A DNA stretch of 64,000 nucleotides from Octopus vulgaris (lineage: Eukaryota): assembly GCA_951406725.2 (NCBI GenBank), contig OX597816.1, positions 178,622,001 through 178,686,000 of the forward strand. Direction: 5' to 3'. Positions within the stretch are counted from its first letter, which is position 1. Each line of letters begins with the position of its first letter. Shown one piece after another: positions 39,312 through 52,880 of this stretch. The notes beneath the pieces were generated by a model. The model saw nothing but the letters and a program-made list of their open reading frames with translations, was not told where the DNA came from and did no database searches. The position numbers and the translations under genes are program-made.

Positions 39312-39313
<2 letters not shown>
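38510..39313 (-). mobile_element. Tx1/L1-like RT fragment with 3' UTR, flanked by (TG)n on both sides
   Basis: QAYAIPGRPIQDNLHL and GLGPDFRSWISAMYSGIKSTVQINGYLSE RT motifs. Confidence 0.78.
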
Positions 39314-39392
<79 letters not shown>

Positions 39393-39487
39393 GAATTCAA
39401 ACCCCCCAAAACGGGGTGAAAAACAACAACGCGAGGACGTGGTACATGCAAAGTATTAAATCCTGCTCAGGGAAGGAAAGAAGGGGG

Positions 39488-39522
39488 GTTTTATGTTTCG
39501 AGCACAGCTCTTCTTCAGAAAC
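39488..39522 (-). ncRNA. Minimal hammerhead motif
   Basis: Minus strand GTTT-CTGAAGA-A-GAGC-TGT-GCTC-GAAA-CATA-AAAC; core intact, stem III palindrome ACGT apparently decayed to ACAT. Confidence 0.6.
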
Positions 39523-39595
39523 AGGAGACAGAGGAAAGTCCAAGAGAAAAAGAAGATGGAGGGGAAAAACTTACCAACAATCCACAGGTAATTAC

Positions 39596-39626
<31 letters not shown>

Positions 39627-39670
39627 TGTATGTATGTATGTATGTATGTATGTATGTATGTATGTATGTA

Positions 39671-39707
<37 letters not shown>

Positions 39708-39752
39708 ATGTATGTATGTTTGTATGTATGTGTGTATGTATGTATGTATGTA

Positions 39753-39787
<35 letters not shown>

Positions 39788-39788
39788 A

Positions 39789-39819
<31 letters not shown>

Positions 39820-39965
39820 ATGTATGTTTGTATGTATGTGTGTATGTATGTATTATGTATGTATTATGTATGTATTATGTATGTATGTATGTTTGTATGT
39901 ATGTTTGTATGTATGTATGTATGTATGTATGTGTGTGTGTGTATGTATGTATGTGTGTATGTATA

Positions 39966-39996
<31 letters not shown>

Positions 39997-40214
39997 ATGT
40001 ATGTATGTATGTATGTTTGTATGTATTATGTATGTATGTATGTATGTATGTTTGTATGTATGTATGTATGCATGCATGCATGTATGTATGTATGTATGTA
40101 TGTATGTGTGTGTGTATGTTTGTATGTATGTATGTATGTATGTTTGTATGTATGTATGTATGTATGTATGTATGTATGTATGTATGTATGTATTATGTAT
40201 GTATGTATGTATGT
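39596..40214. repeat. (TATG)n/(TG)n compound microsatellite
   Basis: Seen directly in the sequence. Confidence 0.98.
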
Positions 40215-40846
40215 GTTTTCTTCTTGTTTTTTTTTTGCATTACGCAACTTAAAAACGATGACGCTTTTAAATAAATCTTTGAAAATTTATGAATCTTTGA
40301 AAAGTCCACTTCTCCGCTCAGAACCGATTTTGTTCAATTTTGTTTTTTTTTTTTTTTTGCGCTACGCATTTAATGACGATGGGAGAAGCCTTGAAGGTTA
40401 AATAAAAAAAAGATGAAATCCGCGGTTACCATGACAATCCCCATTTCCTTTATTTTCAAACAGAAAATGAAACTTAATATTAAAACAATAGTAAAATTTT
40501 AAAAACCCTTTCATTAAATCCCAAAATTTCGGCTTTTTGCTAATTTTTAAAAATCCTGGTTTTAAAATACAGTCAGTCCGAATCTGTAATTTGTTTCTGT
40601 TTATAATTTCAAAATTATTTTCAGACGCAAAGATGTGTAATTTAAATGTGGTTTAGCTATTGTTTCTAGTACATCTCATGACTTCCTCGTTTCTTCGTCA
40701 CCATACACTGATGCTTTTTAAATATTTTTCTCCCTATAAGCACATTGTGTAGTTTGATGATGCAGAAGGCCATTGCTGGGATTTAAGCAACAACAACAAA
40801 AATTTATAATCTTAATTTTTAATACCCCACCCTGCACTAAGCAAGC

Positions 40847-40898
<52 letters not shown>

Positions 40899-42173
40899 AA
40901 CATTTTTACCAACAGAAAAGTATTCTATTAACATAAATTGTCCAGATCTTAGATGTTTTTGTCCCGTCTCACATTAAGTATGTATTTCAGAAATAGCAGC
41001 TGAAGTACATCGTTCCAATTGTTGAATACCCAGCAACGGACAACACCACTTAGAAGGCAATTCCATGACTTTAATGTCGACGCATGATAGTTAATCGGTT
41101 TTACAAAAAGAATCAGCGGGAAGCCGTGGCGTACTTCTTGGAATACACTTGGACAATACGAGCCAATTCCCTTTTCGAGAAGAGTTATTTAACCACTAAT
41201 ATGATACAACTAATATACATGTGGCTAAGAGAGTGTCACACACATCGCTTACATGAAATTATGGGATGTCAGTGTCAACACTTCTGGTCTTTAGCGCAAT
41301 TTACTTTCACTTTTTTTTTACGACCGTAAACCACATGATAACTATCTGCCGCACTGAATGTGATGTCCTGCCACCACTGTCGCACCGAAAAGGGTTTTGT
41401 TGTCAGCAATATCACTGTTTTGGCATGTTACTTATTGGCATACTCTGGATTTTGAGTTAAACCATAATAGTCAAACGTAGTATTTTTACTGTAAGATTTA
41501 TTGAACAGGAGAACAATTGAATATTAACTTCAATTGGTTGCTAGTGGTAATATAGCGAGATTAGATATCGAGCTCAGTGTAACAGGTTAATATAATAATG
41601 ATTACCAATGCCGAAAAGAGTTGGATTGTCATTATACAAGAAACCCCTATGTTTCTGGCTGGAATGTAGGGAGGAAAACTTTGCGTTTCTCCTGTCATAC
41701 TAGGTTACGTTCTACGTGCTTGTGACGCGAGGTGAGGTGTATGTTCTCTGGTGACTCTCAAACCTCTGGCATTATTCTTGGCATGGGAATGCTTTAACAC
41801 TGGGAAAAGCGCCTGAACTTTAAGGACATTCGATGATGTTCCATGACATGGCATGATATCTCTGCAAGATTGGTTTACAATCAGGACACATCGCATGGTT
41901 AGAACGTGATCAATGTGTTCCAAGCTGACGACTGAAAAAGATTCGGTTCGAATCCCGATTTTGTTACACATCTTTCTTCCAGTCCTACGAATCTCGGAGT
42001 CTTTGTAAAAAGTCAAGGCTACAACTTTCCCTCTTGACTAAAGGATAAAAACAGTGTTAAACAGTAAGTAGATGTACAATTTAGTAAAGAAATTATCTAT
42101 AATGTGTATTTCATTTCTGTATTTGTGATTTAAAGCAGTACCATTGACTGAATCGATCTACGTGATACTATTG

Positions 42174-42233
<60 letters not shown>

Positions 42234-42782
42234 GAAAGCGAGAGAGAGAGAGAGGGGGGAGCAGTTCATGCCATCAAAGTGACACTGAGGTAGAAATACA
42301 CGAAGTCCAATATACCCATCTGATAAGGGTACACCTGGCACATGCATCACAACCATATGTGCGTGACGTGATAACCTCATATCAAGGTAACTAGCGCACG
42401 ATCTTGCAGGTAGGCCCAGTTAGAATTTTCTTCAGGTCGAGTGAGCACATCCCACTCAAAATGTCGCTGAATAAAGGCTATTTAAGAATGATAAATGAAA
42501 CAGCCATGTTCCCAGATGTAAATTATTCAAACCCCCAATGAATTCCTCTTGACACATGTCTATGATGCTCCTCCACTATTCCTGTTCATGATCAGAGATT
42601 CATATATCATCAGCCACTAAAGGACATGCTCGACTGGTTAAGGCCAAGTAACAGACAAGCAAATCTGTGGTACTGAGCAGAATATCTTTCTGTAGGCCAT
42701 CTTTTAAACCAAGACAAGACACGTACATGATAACACTTCCAAGCAGTTAAGGTCAGAAACCGTGAGAGTCACTGCCTGGTAG
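42234..42782. mobile_element. Diverged copy of the (TTA)n-embedded repeat
   Basis: Collinear with 43867-44421; preceded by (TTA)n. Confidence 0.85.
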
Positions 42783-43847
42783 TGGCTGAACGGGCTGGTG
42801 CATTTGCTCTTCCGCTTCCTGTGGAGAGGACAGGTGCCGCTTGTCGGACAGTCCATTTGCTGTCAGCAGCCATTGCGTGGAGGACTGGACATGTGGTCGC
42901 TGAGGATGCACAGACATGCGCTGAGTGGGCGACATCTCCAGCAATACCTTAACGATGAACAGGTGTGATCACCATTTGTTGAACGCGCTCTTCAGCAGCT
43001 CGTCTCCTTGACGGAACCACAATCCTGGATCAGGCGTAGGCCGAGACAGGGCGCTTGGTGCCTCGAGTGTTTTCAAGCGCTCACAGCCCTCACTTCCAGA
43101 AATCCATGGCCTGGCAGTGCTACGGGGGTGGGGGACACTGCCGGTTCGAAATAAGCTCTACAGGCACGAGTGGGAAGTAAGTCGGGCTTGTCCAAGATGC
43201 ACGCGGAGCGATGAAACCGTTCAGCATGCTCTCGTACAGTGTCCGTGCATTGCTGACTTGTGTAGCTTTGTCGAACAGATATTGTCACGTGTAGGACGGA
43301 TCCGGCTATCGTCTGAGTCTATTGTGAAGATTGCCTCGCCTTCTTCTTTTGCTCGGGAAGGGAGGACAATTTTTCTCCGTTTGGTAACTATGGCAAAAGA
43401 GGTTGTGTGGTGGACGCGATTGAAAAGGTTGAAGACGAGGACCTTCCTCTCAGGCCGAGGCCTCATTGACTTTTTCAGGTTCCACCTGAAAAGGAAGTGA
43501 GGCTGGAGAGGGAGGTACGGTCACCCAGTAAGTTCGTGGAAAAGGTGGGTGAATGTGACAAGAATGGCTCGCGTGAATGGGCCTACTCTAAATGTGCGCC
43601 TGTAGGCCGGATGGAAAGGAGAGGAGAAGGTGCCTTCTTGAGGAACCTTCGGTGTTAAGGGGTCCAAAGTGCGTGAGATCTTTTTGGTCACCTTACGGTG
43701 GAACTCCCTCCTATTGGGGAAGCATATTGTTGATTTAATCTCTTCGTTAATAGTTGTTTTTGTTGGTTGTTTACACGTTTAACATCACTCTCCCTTGTCT
43801 CTGTATCGTCCTCTAAGTTCTGTATTCGGCCCTGGTGGCCAATAAAG
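42783..43847 (+). mobile_element. Tx1/L1-like 3' fragment with zf-RVT
   Basis: LPVRNKL..CPRC..DETVQHALVQCP; AATAAA at its 3' end. Confidence 0.82.
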
Positions 43848-43866
43848 TATTATTATTATTATTATT

Positions 43867-44421
43867 GAGTGAGAGAGCAGTGCATGCCATCAAAGTGTCA
43901 CCGGGGTAAAATATACGAAGCCCAGTATACCCATCATGACTACCCATCTGATAAGGGTACACAATGCACATGCATCACAACCATATGTGCGCGACATGGT
44001 GATCTCATATCAAAATAAACAGCACATGACCTTGCAGGTGGGGCCCAGTTAGAATTTTCTTCAGGTGAGTAGCCCATCCCACTCAAACGGTCCCTGAATA
44101 AGGGTTGTTTAAGGATGTTGAAAGAACCACCCATGTTTCCAGAGGTGAACTATTCAAACCCCAAAGAATCCCTCTGAACACATGGCTATGATGCTCCCCC
44201 ACTACTTCTGCTCGTGATCAGAGATGTACATATCGTCAGCCACTAAGGGACATGCTCAACTGGTTAAGGTCAAACAACTGACAAGCAAATCTGTGGTATT
44301 GAGCAGAATATTTGCTGTAGCCCATCTTTTATACCAAGACAAAACAATGTACATGATAACACTTCCAATCATTTAAGATCAGAAGCCATGAGAGCCACTG
44401 CCTGGTACTGCATCAGGGCAT
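43867..44421. mobile_element. ~555-bp non-coding interspersed repeat embedded in (TTA)n
   Basis: (TTA)n on both sides; second copy at 42234-42782 and a fragment at ~5945-6120. Confidence 0.85.
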
Positions 44422-44445
44422 TTATTATTATTATTATTATTATTA

Positions 44446-44527
<82 letters not shown>

Positions 44528-44596
44528 AGTAACAGTGAAAACATTCTGATACAGAATGGAGAGAAAATATTAAATATCCTTCTCTCTCTCTCTCTC

Positions 44597-44660
<64 letters not shown>

Positions 44661-44729
44661 AGTAACAGTGAAAACATTCTGATACAGAATGGAGAGAAAA
44701 TATTAAATATCCTTCTCTCTCTCTCTCTC

Positions 44730-44790
<61 letters not shown>

Positions 44791-44840
44791 AGTAACAGTG
44801 AAAACATTCTGATACAGAATGGAGAGAAAATATTAAATAT

Positions 44841-44892
<52 letters not shown>
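44422..44892. repeat. Triplicated unit: (TTA)n + ~55-bp unique spacer + (TC)n
   Basis: AAGTAACAGTGAAAACATTCTGATACAGAATGGAGAGAAAATATTAAATATCC occurs three times, apparently identical. Confidence 0.95.
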
Positions 44893-44895
<3 letters not shown>

Positions 44896-45312
44896 GTGTC
44901 TTTGTTTTGTATGGTTTTTTCTTTCTTTGCTTGTTATTTGAACCTTTAAATCTACACCAGCTAATCTCTCATTTCGTTACACGGTCTCTGCTTTCTCGCT
45001 TATCTCTCTGCCAATTGGCTCACACTATCTCTTCTTCCTTCTGTACGTTTTTATCATGCCCCCACTCTGTCCTTTCTGATTTGTTTTTATATCCATTCTC
45101 TCTCTTCTTCCTTTCCTCTTTCTTTTTCTTCTCTCTCTCTCTCTCTTCCTCTCTCTATCTCTCTCCCTATCGGTATTCCTGTTTCGTCTTCTATTATATC
45201 GACTCAGTTCCGGCCTTATTGTTCAAATATGCGGATATAACCAGGAGTGTCTGACGACATTTCTCCATTGTTTTTGTACACCACAATCAAAACTACACGT
45301 GCGCGCACGCAT

Positions 45313-45355
<43 letters not shown>

Positions 45356-45705
45356 GTAATCGACTTACTCTGCCAAAGTTTGGAATTAATATTAATAAAT
45401 ATAACAGTTTGTCCGCCTCCTTCCAATGCAAGCAAACGTTATAGGCGCGAGGTAAGGCGCTGTCTCTCCCCATAAGAAACACCGGTAAATACAAGCCAAC
45501 TTGTATGTATACACTTGAATACTCATACACAAACAAACCCACAACAAAATTTCCCTTACCATACACGCACATTCAAATATATGATCCCTTTCAGGAATTC
45601 CTCCTTCATTTTTCGGCATGCAGTTCTTTCTTCTTTCTCCCCATAGTTTATCATCTATCTATTTTCAACTGTATGCTTCGAACTCTGGCCCTTTAGACTT
45701 TATAA

Positions 45706-45865
45706 CAGGTATGGTCAACTTTTCCGAGAAGCAGGTTGCATGAGACACGGCTAGTCATCAGGTGACCCCACTACTAAAAACAAAAAAATTAATAAACGTT
45801 ATTTTCCTTGTGAAGTTAGGAGTGTCACTCAGAAGATCCCGCGGGCTACAGTTTTCCCATGACTG
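45706..45865. mobile_element. Small hAT-like MITE
   Basis: CAG...CTG termini; imperfect 8-bp TSD CTTTATAA / CTTTACGA. Confidence 0.55.
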
Positions 45866-46199
45866 CTTTACGATAAACCACTAATAAAACATCCTATATT
45901 TAGTTTCTATTCATCCCAAAATAGCTTCTTTTACCAAGCCCGCACACATTTCCAGAGCCCCCTCATTCACACACCAACGCTTACTACGACTCTCGCCCAC
46001 AGAAATTCATCTCTAGTCTTAAATTCTAAAGATAGTTAGTTGTCACCATTTGACCTCAATACCGAATATTCTTCAATTACGTTTTGTATTATTCCGCGAA
46101 TCCTTTAAATTCCATTCCCGTGAATTACCATTCTTTACCCACGCATGCAAGCATACAAACACACATCGCACTCACCAATTCGTTTTTACTAATAATATA

Positions 46200-47076
46200 T
46201 TGGGTCATCCCATAAATAATGCCTTTTTTTTGTACTTCTTTTATTTCTCGAAATTAAGATAAACAAAGTTAATTTTTAACCTAAAATATACTCTCTTTCA
46301 TTTTCTACAATACTCTTCCATCTATCTAGTAGACTTGCAAGGCCCCTCTTCCAAAATTGACTTGTCAGTGACGAAAAATACTGCTCCAGCCTTTGTAATG
46401 TCATCCTCGCTGTATATGACCGAGCATTACCCTGATGAAAGAACACCTTTCGTCTTGAAACAAAAGATAGTCGTTTTTCTTCTAACGCTGACTTAAGCCG
46501 CTCAAGCTGCCTGCAGTAGATTTCATCTGTTATCGTTTGGTTTGGGTTTAAAAGTTCAAAGTGGACTAAACTTTTTCTATCCCACCAAACAGATAACAAC
46601 ACATTACGTGGGTGAAGACCTTCTTTAGCCTGGGGTGCCGGTATTTCTCCTTTCTGTACCCACTGTCTTTGGCGCTTGACATTTTTATAGAGACCCCATT
46701 TCTCGTCACCAGTCACCATTCGGTCCAAAAATGTTCATTCGTGAGACGTGACAGCAAAGAAGAGCACACATTCACTCTCTGCGCGCGATTAGACTCAGAA
46801 TGTTTGTGAGGAACCCATTGACCCAATTTGCTGGCTTTTCCAATGACACGCAGGCGTCGATGAATGGTTGAATGACCAAATCCAAGCTTTCTGCTACTTC
46901 CTCAACAGTTACAGTGGGATTTTGTTGCACCAGGATTTGCTGGGTGTCCTCGTCGAGCACAAGAATAAGCACAAGGTAAGATTACTACCTGCTTTTGTAT
47001 CAAGTTGATGCAGGAAATTTATCCCATCCCCCTCTGCAACAGAATAAAAAAACGCCTTATTTATGAGACGACCCAG
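46200..47076 (-). mobile_element. Mariner element, internally deleted
   Basis: TA|TTGGGTCATCCCATAAATAA...TTATTTATGAGACGACCCAG|TA; VTGDEKW and FHQGNAR motifs. Confidence 0.92.
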
Positions 47077-47465
47077 TACATTCAAATCTCATATTCTATC
47101 GAACTGGACCGTAGCTTATATAATCTTCTGATATCCTCACTGTTTGAGAAACACAACAGGAATGATCTCGTTTGAGATTCCAGCCATCTTTGGCTGATTT
47201 GTCCATGTTGTGTCCACTGATCTGATTGGTTGGCATTTGGCGCGGTTTGTCTCTCTCTACTTATTTTGCGCCACTGTGTACAAACTCTATATTAACTCTA
47301 TGCTGAGGCATTCATCTTATGCTCTGTATTTCTGTTTTATGTGCATACACTATTATTTGTACCTTTTGTCGCACACACGAACACACAGACACAAACACTT
47401 GTCGCATGCACACATACGCTCTATCTTGCTAGCACTCACAACACTTTCACTTTAACACCTTGTAA

Positions 47466-47772
47466 ATAATAATAATGAAATTATTGTATACAGTGCTCAG
47501 GTGCACCACAACTTGTCAGAAAGTGCGTATAAAGTATATGCAGTAATGTACAAATGTCTGGAAAGCAAACAATGCATGAGTCAGATACATGCTTGTGTAT
47601 GTATGGAGGAGGAGGAAATCAAGTGTCAGTAGTGTTGGCGAATCTCAGAAAGCATGGAAGTTTTGAAGGATGCAGTGCTCCGACAACTAACAACTGATGC
47701 CGGCAGTTTGTTCCATGCTTCAGCAACTCTCAGCGTGAAAAAATGTTTCCTGAAGTCATGGGAGCTGTGCTG
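47466..47772 (-). mobile_element. CR1/L2-type LINE 3' end
   Basis: RKHFFTLRVAEAWNKLPASVV..ASFK and an (ATT)n tail. Confidence 0.8.
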
Positions 47773-48917
47773 TTTATATATAAATAAAGTCTTCTTCTCT
47801 CAAACATCAGAACGGTTTGTCGGTCATCCTTCATTTATATCCTTTGGCACTCTATATTATATGTATATGGCTATTATATTTTTGTTAGGGATGCGACCGT
47901 GCGGCGTACTAAAGGAGACCTATGTCACCAACCTCCTGACGAACGGTCGTATTTACCTACACCTTCAATAACAAACCAAATATATGTCAACTTAGTTTCT
48001 TTTATATTCTTTTAATTCATTGAATTTCGTTCTTCCTATTTACTCTTCCATATGTTCGCACACGCGCTGACCACACCCTTTATAACCAGCTTTATAACCA
48101 CGTGGTTGCAGGTTCAGTTCCAATGTGTGGCAACTTGGGATAGTAACTTCTACTATAGCCCCAGGACGATTTATGCCTTATGTGTTGGTTTGTTTACATC
48201 TCCTTAACTTAGCAGTTCGGCAAAACTGTACGGTAGAATAAGTACTAGACTTAAAAAATGAGTACTGGGGTCAACCTGTTCGACTAAGCCGTTGAAGGTA
48301 GTGCCCCAGTATGGCTGCAGTCCAATATCCCCTTGTAAAGTCTCTGCCTACATACATACGAGAAATTATGATCTGGCTGAGTGATAAGAAGCTTGCTTCC
48401 CAACCACATGGTTCCGGGTTCAGTCCCACTGCGTAGCACCTTTGGCACGTGCCTTCTACTATAGCCTCAGACTCACCAAAATGAGTGGATTTGGTAGACG
48501 GAAACTGAAAAGAAGCCCGTCGTATATATATATATTAAAATAAGTATTAGTTGAACATTGAGGTCAATGGAAACGTCTTACCTCTTCCCCGAAATTACTG
48601 GCCTTGTGCTAAAATTTGAAATCATTATTAATGTTGTTGTTTTCTCGCTGAGGTCGACTTAACATTTCATCCTTTCGGAGTTGATGAAATAAGTATCAGT
48701 TGAAGACTGGACTCGATAAAATCGACTCATCCCCATCTCAAATAAATAAAATAAAATTTCAGACTTGTGACTACGGCAGAAAGGATCATTGTTGCTAGGT
48801 ATTTGGTTTATCAGAATCGACAGGACCCCGGTATTTAGATTTATTCATCCTTTAAAACTCCGAGTCCTTTTTACTCTTTAAGAAAAATACAGCAAGCATG
48901 CAGAGTGCAGAAATATA

Positions 48918-49731
48918 GGTGCTGCTATAGTATGATATCTACCTTGCTATTTGCGACCTACCGTAAATGACAATGCACCCTCCCCTACTTACGGCATTCA
49001 GTAATTAATTCCAGCCCATTTAGTTGTTCACACCAACACCAGGCTGGCCAGAAATTTTTACAAAATAATCTGAAGAGATAATGAAGCGGTGTTCTTTTTG
49101 ACAGAGTACAGTCTTATTGACCAGGTAGGAAATGTGCCTTCTTGTCATAAATGCGGAACACAAATGCAAGAAAAAAGAAAGAGGAATAGAACGGGAGAAT
49201 TTCGGCCAATATTGAGATGTCCGAAAAATATTAACTTCAGGGTTGTCAAGCATATCGCTCAGTTCGGAAAAGAAATCAGTTTTTCCACTCTACCGACTGA
49301 AATGGAAAGATCAATAGCAGTGTGTGGAATTTTAGAATTAGTGTACTATTTTATTCACGAAATCCCGATGAGTACTACAGAAACCTTTACTGGAAAGTCG
49401 CCGGCAGACTAGTTTAATATTGTGTGGACCCGATATCAGGAGATCATACACGAGTTATTGAGCGATTGTGGCTTGATGCCAAGATTGAAATACTCGAGAA
49501 AAAAGGGACGTACCTACTCGACATTTTCAATCACATTTCGGTCATTATTTTTGGAAAGTGCACATGAAAAACGATGACGTGTTCACTACTTTTTTTTTAA
49601 TGATATCAGATCAGTTTACAAACATTAAAATCAATATTTGATGATTTTTTAAAATTTTGTAGAATAAATGTTTAATGATTTTTAACATATTTCATTCTAC
49701 CAGCAGTTGGTAGATATACTATAGTAGTAAC
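48918..49731 (+). mobile_element. Merlin (IS1595-like) transposon relic
   Basis: GG-starting imperfect TIRs (GGTGCTGCTATAGTATGATATCTACC / GGTAGATATACTATAGTAGTAAC); N-terminal CHKC; VDPISGDHTRVIERLWLDAK resembles the Merlin HTQ-IE--W motif. Confidence 0.72.
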
Positions 49732-51784
49732 AAAAAATGGCTTTCAAATTTTGGCACAAGGCCAGTAATTTCGAGGATGGTAGTAAATCGATTACATCAA
49801 CCTCAGTATTCAACTGGTACTTATTTCATCGAAAGGATAATAGGCATATTCGACCTCGGCGGAATTTGAACTCGGAACGTAAAGACGGATGAAATGCTAT
49901 TAAGCATTTGGCCCGGCGTGATAACGATCCCGCCCGCTCGTCACCTTCAAAAGTACACAAATATTAATTTTTACCCACCAAATCTTCCTACGCACCCCAA
50001 CATATATACTCCCCCATTTAGCTCTACTCATACCGCGACAATTAGCGCCCACGCATACATTAAACGATTTCCTATATTCTCAAAAGTGATAGTAGCTATA
50101 AAGCAGATGTCATAGTCATAGAGTGACGTCATAGACAGTGTACTGAAGTCATTTCCAAGTGGCCTCCTATATGACCGTGGAGAGACTTCGATTTAAAAAT
50201 CTTTAAGCTTTTGTAGCATAAAACTAAACCTGGTGGTGTGTTGTGTCCATGATCAAGACTCTTTATTTGATGTGGCTCCAGTCCACCCAGCTGGCAAAAA
50301 GGAGTTTTACCAGTATTCTAAAGGGTCAGCCTTGTCACACTCAGTGTCAAGCTGAATCTCCCCGAGAATCACGTAAAGGGTATTTATGGGGTGCTCGGTT
50401 ACTTGCACCTTAATTTCACGGGAAAGCTGTTCCATTGATCGGATCAACTGGAACACTCCTCATCGTAACCGACGGAGAGCCTGATGAAAAAATAAAAATA
50501 AACAATGCTTCGTTAACATATGTTAGTTAGGCGTTGTATCTCCATTACGTATAGACGGACTGAGACCCTGGCTTTACGCATATTTTCTAAGTATGTTTTG
50601 ACAAGATACGGTCCTTGGTCATCCCTTTTTTTTTCAGCAAGTAGCAGATGTTAAATCCATTCACTGTGACATCTCAACCATAAGGGAGCATCGACACAGT
50701 AGTTCGATCTGTTAGAAATAACTGACAAATCGTTCTCAACTCACACATTAGAGTAAGGATACATTAAATAGGGTCAACTTTAGATATAGCTGCAGGCGTG
50801 GCTGGGTGTTAATAAGCTTGCCTCCCATCCACATTGTTCCGGATTCAGTCCCTTCCACTGCGCGGCATCTTGAGCAAGTGTTTTCTACTGCAGTCCTGGG
50901 TCGACCAAAGACTTACGAATGGATTTGGTTGATGGAAACTGAAACAAGTCCATCGTATTTGTATGTGTGTTGGTTTGATTACGTTCCCTTAACTTAACGG
51001 TTCATCACAAGATACCGGCAGAATAAGTTGCAGGCTTTAAAAAATAAGTACTGGTATTGATTCGTTCGATTAAAATCCCTTGAATGCATTGCCCCAGAAC
51101 GACAGCAGTCCAATGACTGAAACATGTAAAAGATAAAATTCAGATACTCCGAATTAAATATTGGACAGTTATAGCTGGAACCCTTTTGATTATTGGGCCC
51201 ACAAGACAGGGAAAACTTAGCAATATTCTAGGACCCCAAGGCAAAGCAACGTACAGAGGAGTATAGAATTTATTTGTTGGGTGTGTGTAGGAAAATTTAT
51301 CATATTTCGCATTCTGCACGCTGCTGAATTTTCCTAAAAAGTGCAAGGAGGATGCAAATTTTAAGGGATGGAAAATACTTTGGGATGGAATTTAAGGGAT
51401 GAAACATACCAACTACCGAGAACCTGCCGACTCTGATTAACCGAACACCTAACAATTATAATAATTCTTTCTGATTTTAACATACGGCCGTAACTAAATA
51501 CCGCAAAAGTTTTTTCTACCAACGTTGTAACGAATCTGATTATTAAGGAACGTGATGACTGAAAAACAAAGTGACATGAACGCGTTGCTTTTCAGATGTT
51601 TTGAGACTTTTTTAGGAGAAGCATTTATAACTGTTCTGGATTATTGTGATTTTAGTCTATCACGACTATACATCTAATAAGCTGACCTTCGTTATTCCAG
51701 ATTGAAAGAGCCGGCTTTAACAGCACATCGAACACCACCCTTTTAAACACTGCTTGTCTCGGCCGACTAGTTTGCAGAATGCAG

Positions 51785-52400
51785 TCGGAACACATGCAAG
51801 CTCGCTATGCAATAAAATTTTGTGTTAAACTGGGCAAAAACACTACAGAAACTTATGAAATGCTCTAGATTGCTTATGGATAAACTTTTTCGGTAGCAGA
51901 AGAGGTTCAAGGACGGTGAAGAGGCGGTAAGAGGCTGTGGGTGTGACAGGGACGTTAGAACATCAAAACTGGTTGAGAAAATTCGCAATATTCTGGATGA
52001 AGACCGACGTATGTCTATAAAGACAATAAGTGTTCAGTTTGGTGTTGGTGTGACAATTGTACACTGAAGTGTTCATGAAAATGTGAACATACGCAACATT
52101 TGTGTAAAGTTTCTTCCTCGGGTGCTAAGTGACGATCATCCTGGTAACCAACTACTTGGCAGAGATGGGCATCGAAGCCGCCCGTCACTCACCCTACTAT
52201 CCAGATCTTGCTCCTTGTGACTTTTGGTTGTTCCCCAAGCTGAAGGAGACACTCGGGGCCAGTCGTTTTGAAGATAAACGAGGCTCTCACAAGGGACCTT
52301 TACAAAACGGCTGGGGCGCAGTGAATTTCAGAGGATCCTACTCTGAAAGAAATTAGAGTTTTGGACCTCTTTGAAAAAGTTTGAAAACTCCTGGAATGCA
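51785..52400 (+). pseudogene. Mariner transposase relic
   Basis: RYAIKFCVKLGKNTTETYEML and PYYPDLAPCDFWLFPKLK. Confidence 0.85.
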
Positions 52401-52548
52401 CTTTGCATAATAGTTCATGTCTACATATGTTCTCATCTATTTTTAATTATTTGAAATCTTTCTGTAAAGAAAGAGTTGATTTTCTAACAAAGATACACAG
52501 CTCCACCATTGGAACGTAGATAATAAAAACAAATTCACCTTTTGAACC

Positions 52549-52670
52549 TGTATGTATGTATGTATGTATGTATGTATGTATGTATGTATGTATGTATGTA
52601 TGTATGTATGTATGTATGCATGCATGTACGTATTATCGTGTATGTGTATATATATATATTTATGTATGCG

Positions 52671-52713
<43 letters not shown>

Positions 52714-52716
52714 TAC

Positions 52717-52747
<31 letters not shown>

Positions 52748-52758
52748 CATACATACAT

Positions 52759-52793
<35 letters not shown>

Positions 52794-52803
52794 TACATAC
52801 ATA

Positions 52804-52864
<61 letters not shown>

Positions 52865-52880
52865 TCACACACACGCACGC
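52549..52880. repeat. (TATG)/(TA)/(GATA)/(CATA) compound microsatellite
   Basis: Seen directly in the sequence. Confidence 0.97.

Noticed and set aside
41665-42161. Possible solo LTR starting TGTAG
   Set aside because: No matching end or TSD.
44495-44850. CRISPR-like repeat-spacer appearance
   Set aside because: Eukaryotic DNA, the intervening sequences are microsatellites, and there are no cas genes.
50124-50131. Second TGACGTCA palindrome
   Set aside because: Deep intronic with no promoter context; about one such 8-mer is expected by chance in 64 kb.
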